From the human T2T-CHM13v2.0 reference genome, Homo sapiens, in the NCBI RefSeq assembly GCF_009914755.1, contig NC_060938.1: a stretch of DNA of 64,000 bases; one strand, written 5' to 3'. The position numbers and the translations under genes are program-made. Positions within the stretch are counted from its first letter, which is position 1. Each line of letters starts with the position of its first letter. The notes under the pieces are model-generated. The model worked only from the letters and a program-made list of their open reading frames with translations. It did no database searches and had not been told where the DNA came from. Positions 31,860 through 44,481 of the stretch are shown here, piece after piece.

Positions 31860-31960
31860 CTGAGTCTCAGTAATCACACGGGCAGCGACAGGAGGAGGAA
31901 CCGCGGACAACTGGAGCCTGGGCTGGATCCTCACTAGCTCCGGTCAAACCCTAACTCTTA
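31860..31960 (-). other. KLHL28: KLHL28 non-coding exon 1 (5' end approximate)
   Basis: Donor CAG|GTATTT at 31860/31859 just inside the CpG island, facing away from TOGARAM1. The TSS cannot be fixed from sequence alone. Confidence 0.7.
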
Positions 31961-32111
31961 CGGGTGGGGCGGGCAACTTCCGCCCAGAGCAAGGAAAGCG
32001 TCACATCCGTCAAATGGCTTCACCCCTCCTCCCTTCTCCGCTGTAGCTGCGTTTACAACGTTCTGACTTCCTCTTCCAGGAGACTTTGGCCTAGTCTCAA
32101 CACCTGACGTG

Positions 32112-32130
32112 GACTACATAACCCAGCATT
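32112..32130 (+). promoter_or_regulatory. ZNF143/THAP11-type ACTACAnnnCCCAG motif
   Basis: GACTACATAACCCAGCATT resembles the ACTACAATTCCCAGAATGC consensus that is typical of bidirectional promoters. Confidence 0.7.
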
Positions 32131-32398
32131 CATCACGGCAAGTGGATTTCCGGGTCAAGAGGTCCGCGCTGGGTACATCACCATGGAAGCAATCGGTTTG
32201 GTCACGTGGTGCCCTTGGTTACGCCCGGTGGCAGCTGTGGGGTCTAGGGCTCAGACGGGGGCCATTTTGCCAGAGGCTGCCTCCCGGAGTTGGGGGCGGC
32301 CTGGCGGCAGGCTGAAGCTGTTCTTTTGCCTCTTCTGCAGCTTGGGGCTTGGAGAGGATCTGGAAGTCTGGGCTCCATCGAGCCCTTTGGAGACGGCA

Positions 32399-32539
32399 AT
32401 GGTTTCTTCCAACCACCACCACCTGACAACCCTGCATGGCGGCTGCCCCCTCCGCGCTGCTTCTGCTGCCGCCCTTTCCAGTCCTCTCTACCTATCGGCT
32501 CCAGAGCCGCAGTCGTCCTTCCGCCCCAGAGACCGATGA
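32399..32539 (+). other. Overlapping upstream ORF of TOGARAM1 (46 aa)
   Basis: gcaATGg (G at -3, G at +4) lies 37 nt before the main ATG, out of frame, and stops at TGA 32537-32539 inside the CDS. Confidence 0.6.
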
Positions 32540-34481
32540 TAGTCGAGTTGGGGGCATTATGAGAGGAGAGAAAAACTACTACTTCCGTGGAGCTGCGGGG
32601 GACCACGGTTCCTGCCCCACTACAACTTCGCCTCTGGCCTCGGCCCTCTTGATGCCCTCGGAGGCAGTCTCAAGCAGCTGGTCTGAGTCTGGAGGCGGTT
32701 TGTCAGGGGGAGATGAAGAGGACACTCGGCTCCTTCAACTCCTCCGCACTGCCCGGGATCCTTCTGAGGCCTTCCAGGCTTTGCAAGCTGCTTTGCCGCG
32801 GCGGGGCGGTCGACTTGGCTTCCCCCGACGCAAGGAAGCTTTGTATCGGGCACTGGGCCGAGTGCTTGTGGAAGGAGGTAGTGATGAGAAGCGGCTCTGC
32901 TTGCAACTTCTCTCGGACGTTCTCCGGGGTCAGGGGGAGGCAGGCCAGCTTGAAGAGGCCTTTAGCTTAGCACTTTTGCCTCAACTAGTTGTCTCGTTAC
33001 GGGAAGAGAATCCAGCCCTGCGGAAAGATGCGCTGCAGATCCTTCATATATGTCTGAAACGTAGTCCTGGAGAGGTGCTGAGAACGCTTATACAACAAGG
33101 ACTGGAAAGTACCGATGCCCGACTTAGAGCTTCCACAGCACTACTGCTTCCCATCTTGCTTACTACTGAGGACTTGTTGCTTGGTCTGGATCTCACCGAG
33201 GTGATAATATCCCTAGCCCGAAAGCTTGGTGATCAGGAGACAGAAGAAGAATCTGAGACAGCTTTCTCCGCACTTCAACAAATTGGGGAGCGACTTGGCC
33301 AAGACAGGTTTCAATCTTACATTTCTCGTCTGCCCTCTGCCCTGAGGAGACACTACAATCGCCGCCTGGAGTCCCAGTTTGGAAGTCAGGTTCCTTATTA
33401 TTTGGAACTTGAAGCCTCTGGATTTCCTGAAGATCCCCTTCCCTGTGCAGTGACTCTTTCCAACAGCAATCTTAAATTTGGGATTATTCCTCAGGAGCTG
33501 CATTCACGATTATTGGATCAGGAAGACTATAAGAACCGGACCCAGGCCGTCGAAGAACTAAAGCAGGTGCTGGGAAAATTTAACCCTAGTTCTACTCCTC
33601 ATTCTAGTCTTGTTGGCTTCATTAGTTTGCTATATAATTTGTTAGACGATTCTAACTTCAAAGTGGTGCATGGCACACTTGAAGTCCTGCATTTACTGGT
33701 TATTCGCCTTGGAGAGCAGGTACAGCAGTTCTTGGGACCAGTTATAGCAGCTTCTGTCAAAGTGCTGGCGGACAACAAGTTGGTGATCAAACAAGAATAC
33801 ATGAAAATCTTCCTCAAGCTAATGAAGGAAGTAGGACCTCAGCAGGTGCTTTGTTTACTCCTGGAACATCTCAAACATAAGCATTCCAGAGTGAGAGAGG
33901 AGGTGGTGAACATTTGCATCTGCTCCCTGCTGACCTATCCTAGTGAGGATTTTGACTTGCCCAAACTGTCCTTTGATCTTGCCCCAGCTCTTGTAGATAG
34001 CAAACGCAGGGTACGCCAAGCAGCTTTAGAAGCTTTTGCCGTATTGGCATCATCAATGGGCTCAGGTAAAACCAGCATCCTTTTTAAAGCTGTGGATACA
34101 GTTGAACTGCAAGATAATGGAGATGGAGTGATGAATGCTGTGCAGGCCAGATTGGCTAGGAAAACCTTACCAAGGCTCACAGAGCAGGGATTTGTGGAAT
34201 ATGCAGTACTGATGCCATCTTCTGCCGGGGGTAGGTCAAACCATTTGGCACATGGAGCAGATACGGACTGGCTTTTGGCTGGTAACAGAACTCAGAGTGC
34301 ACACTGTCACTGTGGTGACCACGTGAGGGATAGCATGCACATTTATGGATCTTACAGCCCAACTATCTGTACCCGAAGGGTATTAAGTGCAGGAAAAGGA
34401 AAAAATAAATTACCATGGGAAAATGAGCAACCTGGAATCATGGGAGAAAACCAGACCTCCACTTCCAAGGATATAGAGCAG
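32436..34481 (+). CDS. TOGARAM1: TOGARAM1 exon 1 coding part (682 codons; TOG1 and TOG2 HEAT-repeat domains)
   Basis: Long ORF MAAAPSALLLLPPFP... with TOG HEAT motifs (DYKNRTQAVEEL, LLDDSNFKVV, LADNKLVIKQ, LKHKHSRVRE, LVDSKRRVRQAA). Donor CAG|GTATGC at 34481/34482, phase 0. Confidence 0.97.
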
Positions 34482-35884
34482 GTATGCTTCTCTAATTTTC
34501 TTGAGTCGAAAGTGTGAAGAATTTAAATGAAAATATGCCCGTGATGACTTAAGGGTCAGCCTGCTTGAGGGAAACATGTTATGCTTTGTTTTAAATTGAT
34601 TTTAAATCCATCTGAATGTTGGTACTCATTATAATGGTACAGATCACAAAGGACCATTTAATAGGCTTCCTGCTTGATAGATTTAATTAAATTTGAGACA
34701 CATGTGATATAGACAATACCAAGATTCAGTTTTAGTTACTGTAGCATGTCAGTTTATCTCATTCATACAACAAACATTGAATACCTAGTACGTGCCAGAT
34801 AAAGAGCTAAATTCTGGGAATGAAGATGAGGCCAGTTTCACACAGTATAGGAAAAAGGTCAGACCTGGGAATTAGCAGTTAACAAATTCGTTAAGTGCTA
34901 AAGTAGAAATATAAAGAGTCCTGCAGGAATACTGAAGACAGAAAAACTAATTCCACTAGAAAAGTAAAAAAAAAAAAAAAAAAAAAAAGGAAAAAGAAAA
35001 AGCCTCCACAGAAGATACAACATTTGAACTGAGATTTTCCCCCCAAAGCTTTTATTTAAAAAATTCCAAATCTATAGGTAAGAGTACAATGAATACCCAT
35101 ATACTTCATCTATATTTACCAGTTGTAACATCTTGACATATTTCCTCCATATTTGCTGAACCATTTGAAAGTAAATTGTGGATATCTTGAGATTTCACTC
35201 CTAAATATCTCGGCATATATCTCCTAAGAATGACATTCTTCTTTTATAACCATAAATCATTATTGCACCTAAGACTATCAGTAGTAATTCAATAATATGT
35301 AACAGACAGCCTGTATTTAAATTTCCCAAATTGTCTCCAAAAGTGTTTTATATTTCTTGTTTTACTTTTATCATCCAGGATCTAGTCAGGGTTCATGTGG
35401 TTAATGTCCCTTGTAATTTTATCTAGAATAATATCCTACTTGTTTGTTTCTTTGTTTTTTCATGGCATTGGCCTTTTATAAAAAGAGTTTGGGGTAGTTT
35501 TGTAGAATGTCCCAAGTTTTACATTTATATGTTTACTTGATTAGATTCAAAATAAATATTTTTAGGAAAATATTACATAGGAGATACATATATATTAAGT
35601 AGAAGATAAGTAGTGTGAACTTCACAGTACATTACATTATGAGGCAAATGATATCAGGCTGTCCCATCACTGGTGATGCTTAATTTTACTGTTTGGATAA
35701 GGTGGTAATAGCCAGATCTCTCCATTGTAAAGGTATATTTTCCTCTTTAGAATTAGCATATAATCAGTACAGTGATACTTTGAGACCCTAAGAATACCCC
35801 GACAACTTTTCACCCACTGTGTTTAGCATCCACCAATGGTCTTTACCTGTATCATTTATTACACTGGGGGCTTACAAATAGTAA

Positions 35885-36179
<295 letters not shown>

Positions 36180-36204
36180 CAAATTGTAATTTTTAAATTA
36201 CAAA

Positions 36205-36515
36205 GGCCAGGCAGGGTGGCTCACACCTGTAATGCCAGCACTTTGGGAGGCTGAGGCAGGCAGATAACCTGAGGTCAGGAGTTGGAGACCAGCCTGGCCA
36301 ACATGGTGAAACCCCCGTCTCTACTAAAAATACAAAAATTAGCTGGGTGTGGTGGCACACACCTGTAATCTCAGCTACTCGGGAGGCTGAGGCAAAAGAA
36401 TCACTTGAACCCAGGAAGCAGAGGTTGCAGTGAGCTGAGATCACACCACTGTACCCCAGCCTAGGCAACAGAGCAAGACTGCATCTCAAAAATAATAATA
36501 ATACTAAAATAAATT
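36205..36515 (+). mobile_element. Alu (S-like)
   Basis: Full-length; TSD aattacaaa. Confidence 0.92.
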
Positions 36516-36710
36516 AATTACAAAAAGAGTAATTTTAAAAAATTGTGACATTTCTTCTCTGTTTACTACCTGCAATTCTTTTTTTCTTGTATGTGTAATA
36601 ATTACATATTATTTTTTGTTACTAAATTTTTTTTAACTTTTTCATGATAAAATTGTCCCAAATTTAACTAGTGGCTGGCTCCTGTGTCCTTTTAACATGA
36701 CTGTTCTTTA

Positions 36711-37038
<328 letters not shown>

Positions 37039-38200
37039 TCAGACCTGGAATCAGCCATTTTTTTCAGAAGTCCTAGTACTGCCTTTTTATTGGGCAGTGG
37101 TATTTGAAAACAAAAGTCTGAGTATAGATTTGCTCATTGCTATTTCTTGCCATTGTGGTTTGACCCTTTCAGTGGACAGAACCAAGGAGTACTTGTTTTT
37201 TGTTTGTTTGTTTTTTAATGCATTTATATTAATACCTCCAATTCAAAACTAGTACTGCAGGGTTCTTTCTCATCTTCCTTTATTCCATATTTGAATCTCC
37301 CTTCGTTCACAATAAAATCCCTGCTACCCAACATCAGTAATATTTATTCATATGCTGTATCCTACAGTAACCCCCCTCCCCCCACAAAATTGCTAGACCA
37401 GCAACAGCAACCAACTACCTACTAAGTAAAGTTTAAGATTTCGTTACAGTTCTTTTTGTATTTAGAATTATTCCACAGTCAGAATTTTGTGGTCAAACTT
37501 TTCTTAAATTAAGTCTTTTATCTATGTAATTATTATTCAAACAGCATGATGAAAGATGAATAGGAGCTTGCTAAGTGTGGATAGGTCCCAGTGAATTTCA
37601 GACTAAAGGAATAGCGTGTTTAGAGACACTGATTATGTGAAAGAACTTAGCAAATTAATAAGAGAATGGGGAATTTTTGCACAGCAAACACAAGGGGCCT
37701 AGTGGGAAGTAGCAGATGATACTGGAGATGTAGATGGGGTAAAGTATGGAGATAATATCTTGCAAATAATGAGTTTGAACCTTCTGCAGTAGACCTCAGA
37801 TGGGAGGAGGTGAATTGAGTGTTCTCTATGGTTCCTTTCAATCCCAAAACTTGTAGATTTTTTTGGAAATAATTTTCAGATTTATATAATCTGGTTATAT
37901 GTTATTTCCTTGTATTATAAGCATTATCTGGTAGTGATGATTTTTTTTAAGGCATTACTCTTAAGACTGCTTGTCATGTGTCAAGTCTGAGATGTCAGTG
38001 TATATATTATTAAAAAGATTCTGGTGCCGGCCAAAGCAAAAAGAATCTGAAGATAAGTGCATTTCTGAAATGCCAGCATAGACATATTTTGCTTTTGAAA
38101 GATGCTGTGGTGTAATTAAAACTTAACCCAGAAATCAAGTTGTAATTACTTGTTCAAAAAAGGTCTTAGAAGAACTATTTTAATAGAGGACAGGGAATAA

Positions 38201-38562
<362 letters not shown>

Positions 38563-39077
38563 TGGACTTTAATTTTTAAAGCAGTTTTAGGTTCTCAGCA
38601 ACTTTCAACAGAGAGTACAGATAGTTCCCATATACCCCTGTCCACACAAGAACAACCTGACCCACCTCATCCGGTACTTTAGGGGTACATTTGTTATAAT
38701 CAGTGAACCCATATTAACATATAATTATCACCCAAGGCCCATAGTTTACATTAAGATTCACTCTTGTGTTGTACATTCTATGGGATTTTGGCAAATGTAT
38801 CCATGTCTTATGTTCAGTACATTCTGTGGGGTTTTGACAAATGTATCCATGTCTTGTATCCACCATTATAGTATCATAACAATAGTTTCAGTGCCCTAAA
38901 TTCTCTGTTCTCTACATGTACATTCTTCCCTCTCTCACCCCATTCCCAAGCCTTAGCAACCAGTGGTCTTTTTTTCTGTCTCCATAGTTTTGTCATTTCC
39001 AGAATGTCACATACTTGGAGTTATACAGTAGCTTGCATTTTCAGATTGGTTTCTTTCACTTAGTAATATGCATTTAA

Positions 39078-39466
<389 letters not shown>

Positions 39467-41862
39467 TATCAGATGTATCTTTTGAAAATATTTTCTCCCA
39501 CTTTGTGTCTTGTCTTCTCATTCTCTTGACATTAACTTTCTCAGAGCAGAAGTTTTAAAGTTTTAATAAAGTCCAGTTAATCAGTTTTTTCTTGCATGGA
39601 TCATGCCTTTGGTATCATATCTAAAAAGTCATCACCATACCCAAGGTCATCTAGGTTTTCTCCTATGTTATCTTCTAGGCATTTTATAGTTTTACAATTT
39701 ACATTTAAGTCTATGATCCATTTGGAGTTAATTTTTATGAAGGGTGTCAGGTCTGTTTCTAGATTCATTTTTTTTTACATGTGCATGTTCAGTTGTTGCA
39801 GCACCATTTGTTGACAACACTGTCTTTACTCCATTGCCTTTACTTCTTTGTCAAAGATCAGCTGACTGTATTCATGTGGGTCTTTTTCTGGGCTCTTTAC
39901 TCTGCTCCATTAGTGTGCCTATTTTTGCCCATAACACATTGTCTTGATTACTGTAGCTTTATAGTAAATCTTGAAGTTCCGTAGTGTCAGTCTTCTGACT
40001 TTGTTGTTTTCCTTCCATGTTGAGTTCACTCTTCTGGGTTTTTTGCCTCTCTGTATAAACTTTAGAATCAGTTTGTTGATGTCCAAAAAATAAGTTGCTG
40101 AGAGTTTGATTGGGATTGCATTGAATCTATAGATCAAGTTGAGAAAAACTAACAGCTTGACAATATTGAGTCTTCCTATCCACAAACATGGATTATCTCT
40201 TCATTTATTTAGCTCTTCTTTGATATCTTGCATTGGAGTTCTATACTTTCCTCATATAGATACTGTACATATTTTGCTAAATTTAGATTGAAATATCCTA
40301 CTTCTGTATGTTAATGTAAATGGTAATTTTTTTTAAATTTCAAATTCCACTTGTTCATTGCTGGTATAGAGGAAAATGCTTGACTTTTGCACATTAACTT
40401 TGTGTCCTGCAAGCTTGCTATAATATAATCATTTATTATTCGCAGGAGGATTTTTTTTGTTAATTCTTTGAGACTTTCTATGCAGACAATCATGTCATCT
40501 GTGAACAAAGACAATTTTATTTCTTCCCAATCTGTATACTTTTTATTCCTTTTCTTGTCTTATTGCATTAGTTTGAACTTCCAATATGATATTGAAAAGC
40601 AGTGATGAGAGAGGACATCCTTGCCTTGTTTCTAATCTTAGTGGGAAAGTTTTGAGTTTCTCATAAATATGATGTTATCTGTATGCTTTCTTGTAGTGTT
40701 CGCTATAAAGTTGAGAAAGTTCCCCCTGTATTCCTAGTTTGCTGAGAGTTTTCATCATATATGGATATTAGATTTTGTCTAATGCTTTTTTGCATCTATT
40801 GATATAATTATGTGATTTTTCTTCTTAAACCTGATGATGTGATGGGTTATATTAATTGATTTTCAAATGTTGAGCCAGCCTTGCATACCTGGGATAAATT
40901 CCACTTGGTTGTGGTGTGTTATTCATTTTGTATATTGTTGGATTCAATTTACTAATATTTTGTTGAGGATTTTCACATGTTTGTTCATAGGTGATATTGG
41001 TCTGTGGGGTTTTTGTTTTGTTTTGTTTTTGTTTTTTTTCTTATAAGGTCTTTGCTGGTTTTGGTATTAGGGTAGTGCTGGCCTTTTAGAATGAGTCAGA
41101 AAGTATTCTCCCTGCTTCTGTATTCTGAAGGTAATTGCAGAGAATTGGTATAATTTTTTCTTTAAATGTTCAGTGGAATCCACCAGTAAACCCATCTGAC
41201 TCTGGTGCTTTCTGTTTTGGAAGGTTATTAATTATTCAGTTTCTTTACAGATACAGGCCTAGTCAGATTATCCATATCTTCTTGTGTGTGTTTTTACACA
41301 TTGTGTCTTTCAAGGAATTGATCCATTTTATCTAGGTTACCCAATTTATAAGCATAGAGTTGTTAATAGTATTCCTTTATTATCCTTTTAATGTTTATGT
41401 GATTTGTAGTGATAGTCTGTCTTTCATTTCTGATATTAGTAATTTGTTTCTCTGTTTTTCTTAGCCTGACCAGAAGCTTATCAATTTTATTGATCTTTTC
41501 CAAGAACCCGAGTTTGTTTTTGTTGATTTTCTGTTGATTTCCTTTTTTCAGTTTCACTGATTTCTATGCAAATTTTTTATTTTTTATTTTTCTCCTGCTC
41601 ACTTTGGATTTAATTTGCTCTTCCTTTGTTAGTTTCCTAGGATGTGCACTTAGATGATCGATTTTAGATCTTTCTTCTTTTCTAATATATGCCTTCAGTG
41701 CCATAAATTTCCTCTAGGCACCGCTTTCACTGCATACCGCAAATCTTGATACATTGTATTTTCATTTATTTCAAAATATTTAAAAATTTCACTTGAGATT
41801 TCTTTGACTTGTATGTAACTTAGAAGTGTATTTAGTCTACAAGTATGTTGGGGTTTTCCATC

Positions 41863-42217
41863 TGTATTCTGTTCTCACATTGCTGTAAAGAACTGAGACA
41901 AGGTAATTTATAAAGAAAAGAGACTTCATTGACTCATAGTTCCTCATGGCTGGGTAGACCTCGGAAATTTACAATTATGGCAGAAAGTGAAGAGGAAGGA
42001 GTCACGTCTTACATGGCCGGAGAAGGAGGAAGAGAGGGCAGGAGGAGATGCTACACACTTTTAAACAACCAGATCTCTTGATAACTCACTATTATGAGAA
42101 CAGGAAAGGGGATATCCAACCCCATGATCCAGTCATCCCCCAGCAACCCCTCTTTCAACATTGAGGATTACAATTTGAAATGAGATTTGGGACAGGATAC
42201 AAACCCAAACCATATCA
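41863..42217 (-). mobile_element. MSTA/THE1-type solo LTR inserted in L1
   Basis: tgtatt...aaaccatatca termini; perfect 5-bp TSD CCATC. Confidence 0.85.
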
Positions 42218-42808
42218 CCATCTTAATTTGGCCTGAGAGCAAATATTGTATGATTTCTATTCTTTTAAATTTGTTAAAGTGTGTGTGTGTTTTTTTTTTG
42301 CGATAGAACGTGGTATTTCTTTGTTAGTGTTCCATGTGAATTTAAGAAGAATGTGCAGTCTGTTGTTGGATAAAGTAATCTATAGATGTCAATTACATCT
42401 AGTTGATTATGATGTTGTTGAGTTCAACTGTGTCTTTACTGATTTTTCTGCCTGCTGGATCTGTCCATTTCTGATTGAGGGGTAATTAAGTCTCCAACTA
42501 TAATAGTGGGCTTGTGTATTTTTTCTTGTAATTCTATCAGTCTTTGCCTCATTTAATTTGACACTGTTGTTGGGCACACATTAAGAATTGTTTTGTTTTC
42601 TTGGAATATTAATCCTGTTGCTATTATGTGAGGCCCCTCTTTATCCCTGATAACTTTTCTTGCTCTGAAGTCTGCTGTGTCTGAAATTAATATAGCTACT
42701 CTTGATTTCTTTTGATTAATGTTAGCATGGTGTACCTTTCTCCATCTCTTTACTTTTAATTTATATCTATCTTTATATTTAAAATGGGTTTCTTGTAGAC
42801 AGCCTATA

Positions 42809-43019
42809 TAGTAATTACTCATTTAAGTTCCTTGATAGGCTCTTGGAAACCGTGACTTTCAGTGAAATGACATACAGTAAGTCCTCAAATAACGTTATTT
42901 TGTTCAACATCATTTTGCTATAATGTTGATGAGGAAAAAAATTGGTTTTGTTATACATCGTTGTGCTTAAAGTGGCAGTCTTGAATAACTTATCAGTAAC
43001 ATTAAGTGAGAACTTACTG
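42809..43019. mobile_element. Tigger3/Golem-like short MITE
   Basis: Long imperfect inverted termini (cttggaaaccgtgactttcagtgaaatgac versus atcgttgtgcttaaagtggcagtcttgaa; ttaagtgagaacttactg). Confidence 0.7.
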
Positions 43020-44481
43020 AACTTGGGTTTTGTTTTTTGACCACTCTGACAATCTGTCTTTTAATTGTTAGACATTTAAAGAGTTTATTGATATAGTTGG
43101 ATTAATATCTACCATAATTGTTGTTTTCTATTTGTTGCTCATGATCTTTGTTCCTGTTTTTGTCTTCTGTTTTTTGGCTCCTTGTGGTTTTAATTGAGAA
43201 TTTAACATGATTCAGTTTTCTCTTCTTTCTTAGCATATCAGTTATGCTGCTGCTCCTTTTTTTTTAAATTACTTTTTTTTAGTAGTTTCCCTAGAGTGTG
43301 TAATACACATTTACAACTAACTAATCCACGTTCACTTTCAGTAACAATATACTGCTTCACAGGTAACCCAAGTACCTTATAATAACAGAATATTTGTAAT
43401 TTCTTCCTCCCTGTCACCTGTTTAATGCTGTCATTCATTTCATTTATACATAAACACACAGACACACACATAAGCATACATAATCAAATACATTGTTGCT
43501 ATTATTATTTTGAATGATTTTCTGTTAGATCTGTTAAAAATATGAAAAATAAGTTTTTTTTTTAACCTTTACTTATTCTCCTCCAGTGTACTTTCTCTCT
43601 CTCTCTCTCTCTATATATACATATATATATATCTCTCTCCAGGTTTTTGACCTATATAATTTTCCTTTTCTCTGAAAAACTTCAATGTTTCTTACAAGGC
43701 AGGTCTTACTAACAACAACTTCTTTCAATTTCTGTTTGTCTGAGAATGTCTTTATTTTTCTTCACTTGTGAAAGATTATTTCCCAGGGTATAGACTTCTA
43801 AATTGATGGGTTTTTTTTTTCTCTCAATACTTTAAATATTCCAATCCACTTTCTTCTTCTTTGTATGGTTTCTGAGAAGTTAGATGTAATTCTTATCTTT
43901 GCTCCCCTATAGGTAATGTTCTGTTTTGTTTTGTTTTTCCTTTATCTTCTTTCAGGATTTTTCTTTATTTTTGATTTTTTGTAGTTTGAAGATGATATGC
44001 CTAGGTGTAGTTTTTCTGACCTTTCTCCTGGTTTTTCTCTGAGTTTCCTAGATCTGTGGTTAGGTTTCTGACATTAATTGGGGGAAATTCTCAGTAATTA
44101 TTGCCTCAAATATTTCCTCTATTCTTTTCTATATTCTCTTCCTAGTAATCCCATTATACATATGTTACACGTTTTGTAGTTTTCCCACAGTTCTTGTATA
44201 TTCTCTTCTCTTTTTTTCAGGCTTTTTTCTTTCAGTTTTGGAAGTTTTTATTGTCACATCCTCAAGCTCAGAGATACTTTCCCCAGCTATGTCCAGTTTA
44301 CTAATGAGCCCATTAAAGGCATTCTTTCTTTCTGTTACAGTGTTTTTGATTTCTAGGTTTCTTTTGTGTTCCTTCTTAGAAGTAACGCTTCATGACTTAT
44401 ATTATCCTTTTGTTCTTACATGTTGTCTTTTTTCATTATAGCCCTTAGTATATTAATTATAGTTTTAGAAAATTCTGGTAT

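Larger units (their letters stand above)
31300..33050. promoter_or_regulatory. CpG island / bidirectional promoter of KLHL28 and TOGARAM1
   Basis: High GC and CpG density against an AT-rich background. GC box 31966-31973, ETS ACTTCCG 31976-31982 and ATTTCCGG 32146-32153, TGACGTGG 32105-32112, GACTACATAACCCAGCATT 32112-32130, E-box GTCACGTG 32201-32208, YY1-like GCCATTTT 32261-32268. Confidence 0.88.

Noticed and set aside
32183-32539. 118-aa ORF from ATG 32183 as a separate gene
   Set aside because: Its ATG lies among core promoter motifs, probably upstream of most TSSs, and it has no recognisable domain. Only the internal ATG at 32399 is kept, as an overlapping uORF.
32219-34362. Minus-strand and alternative-frame ORFs over TOGARAM1 exon 1
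   Set aside because: Expected shadows of GC-rich coding sequence.
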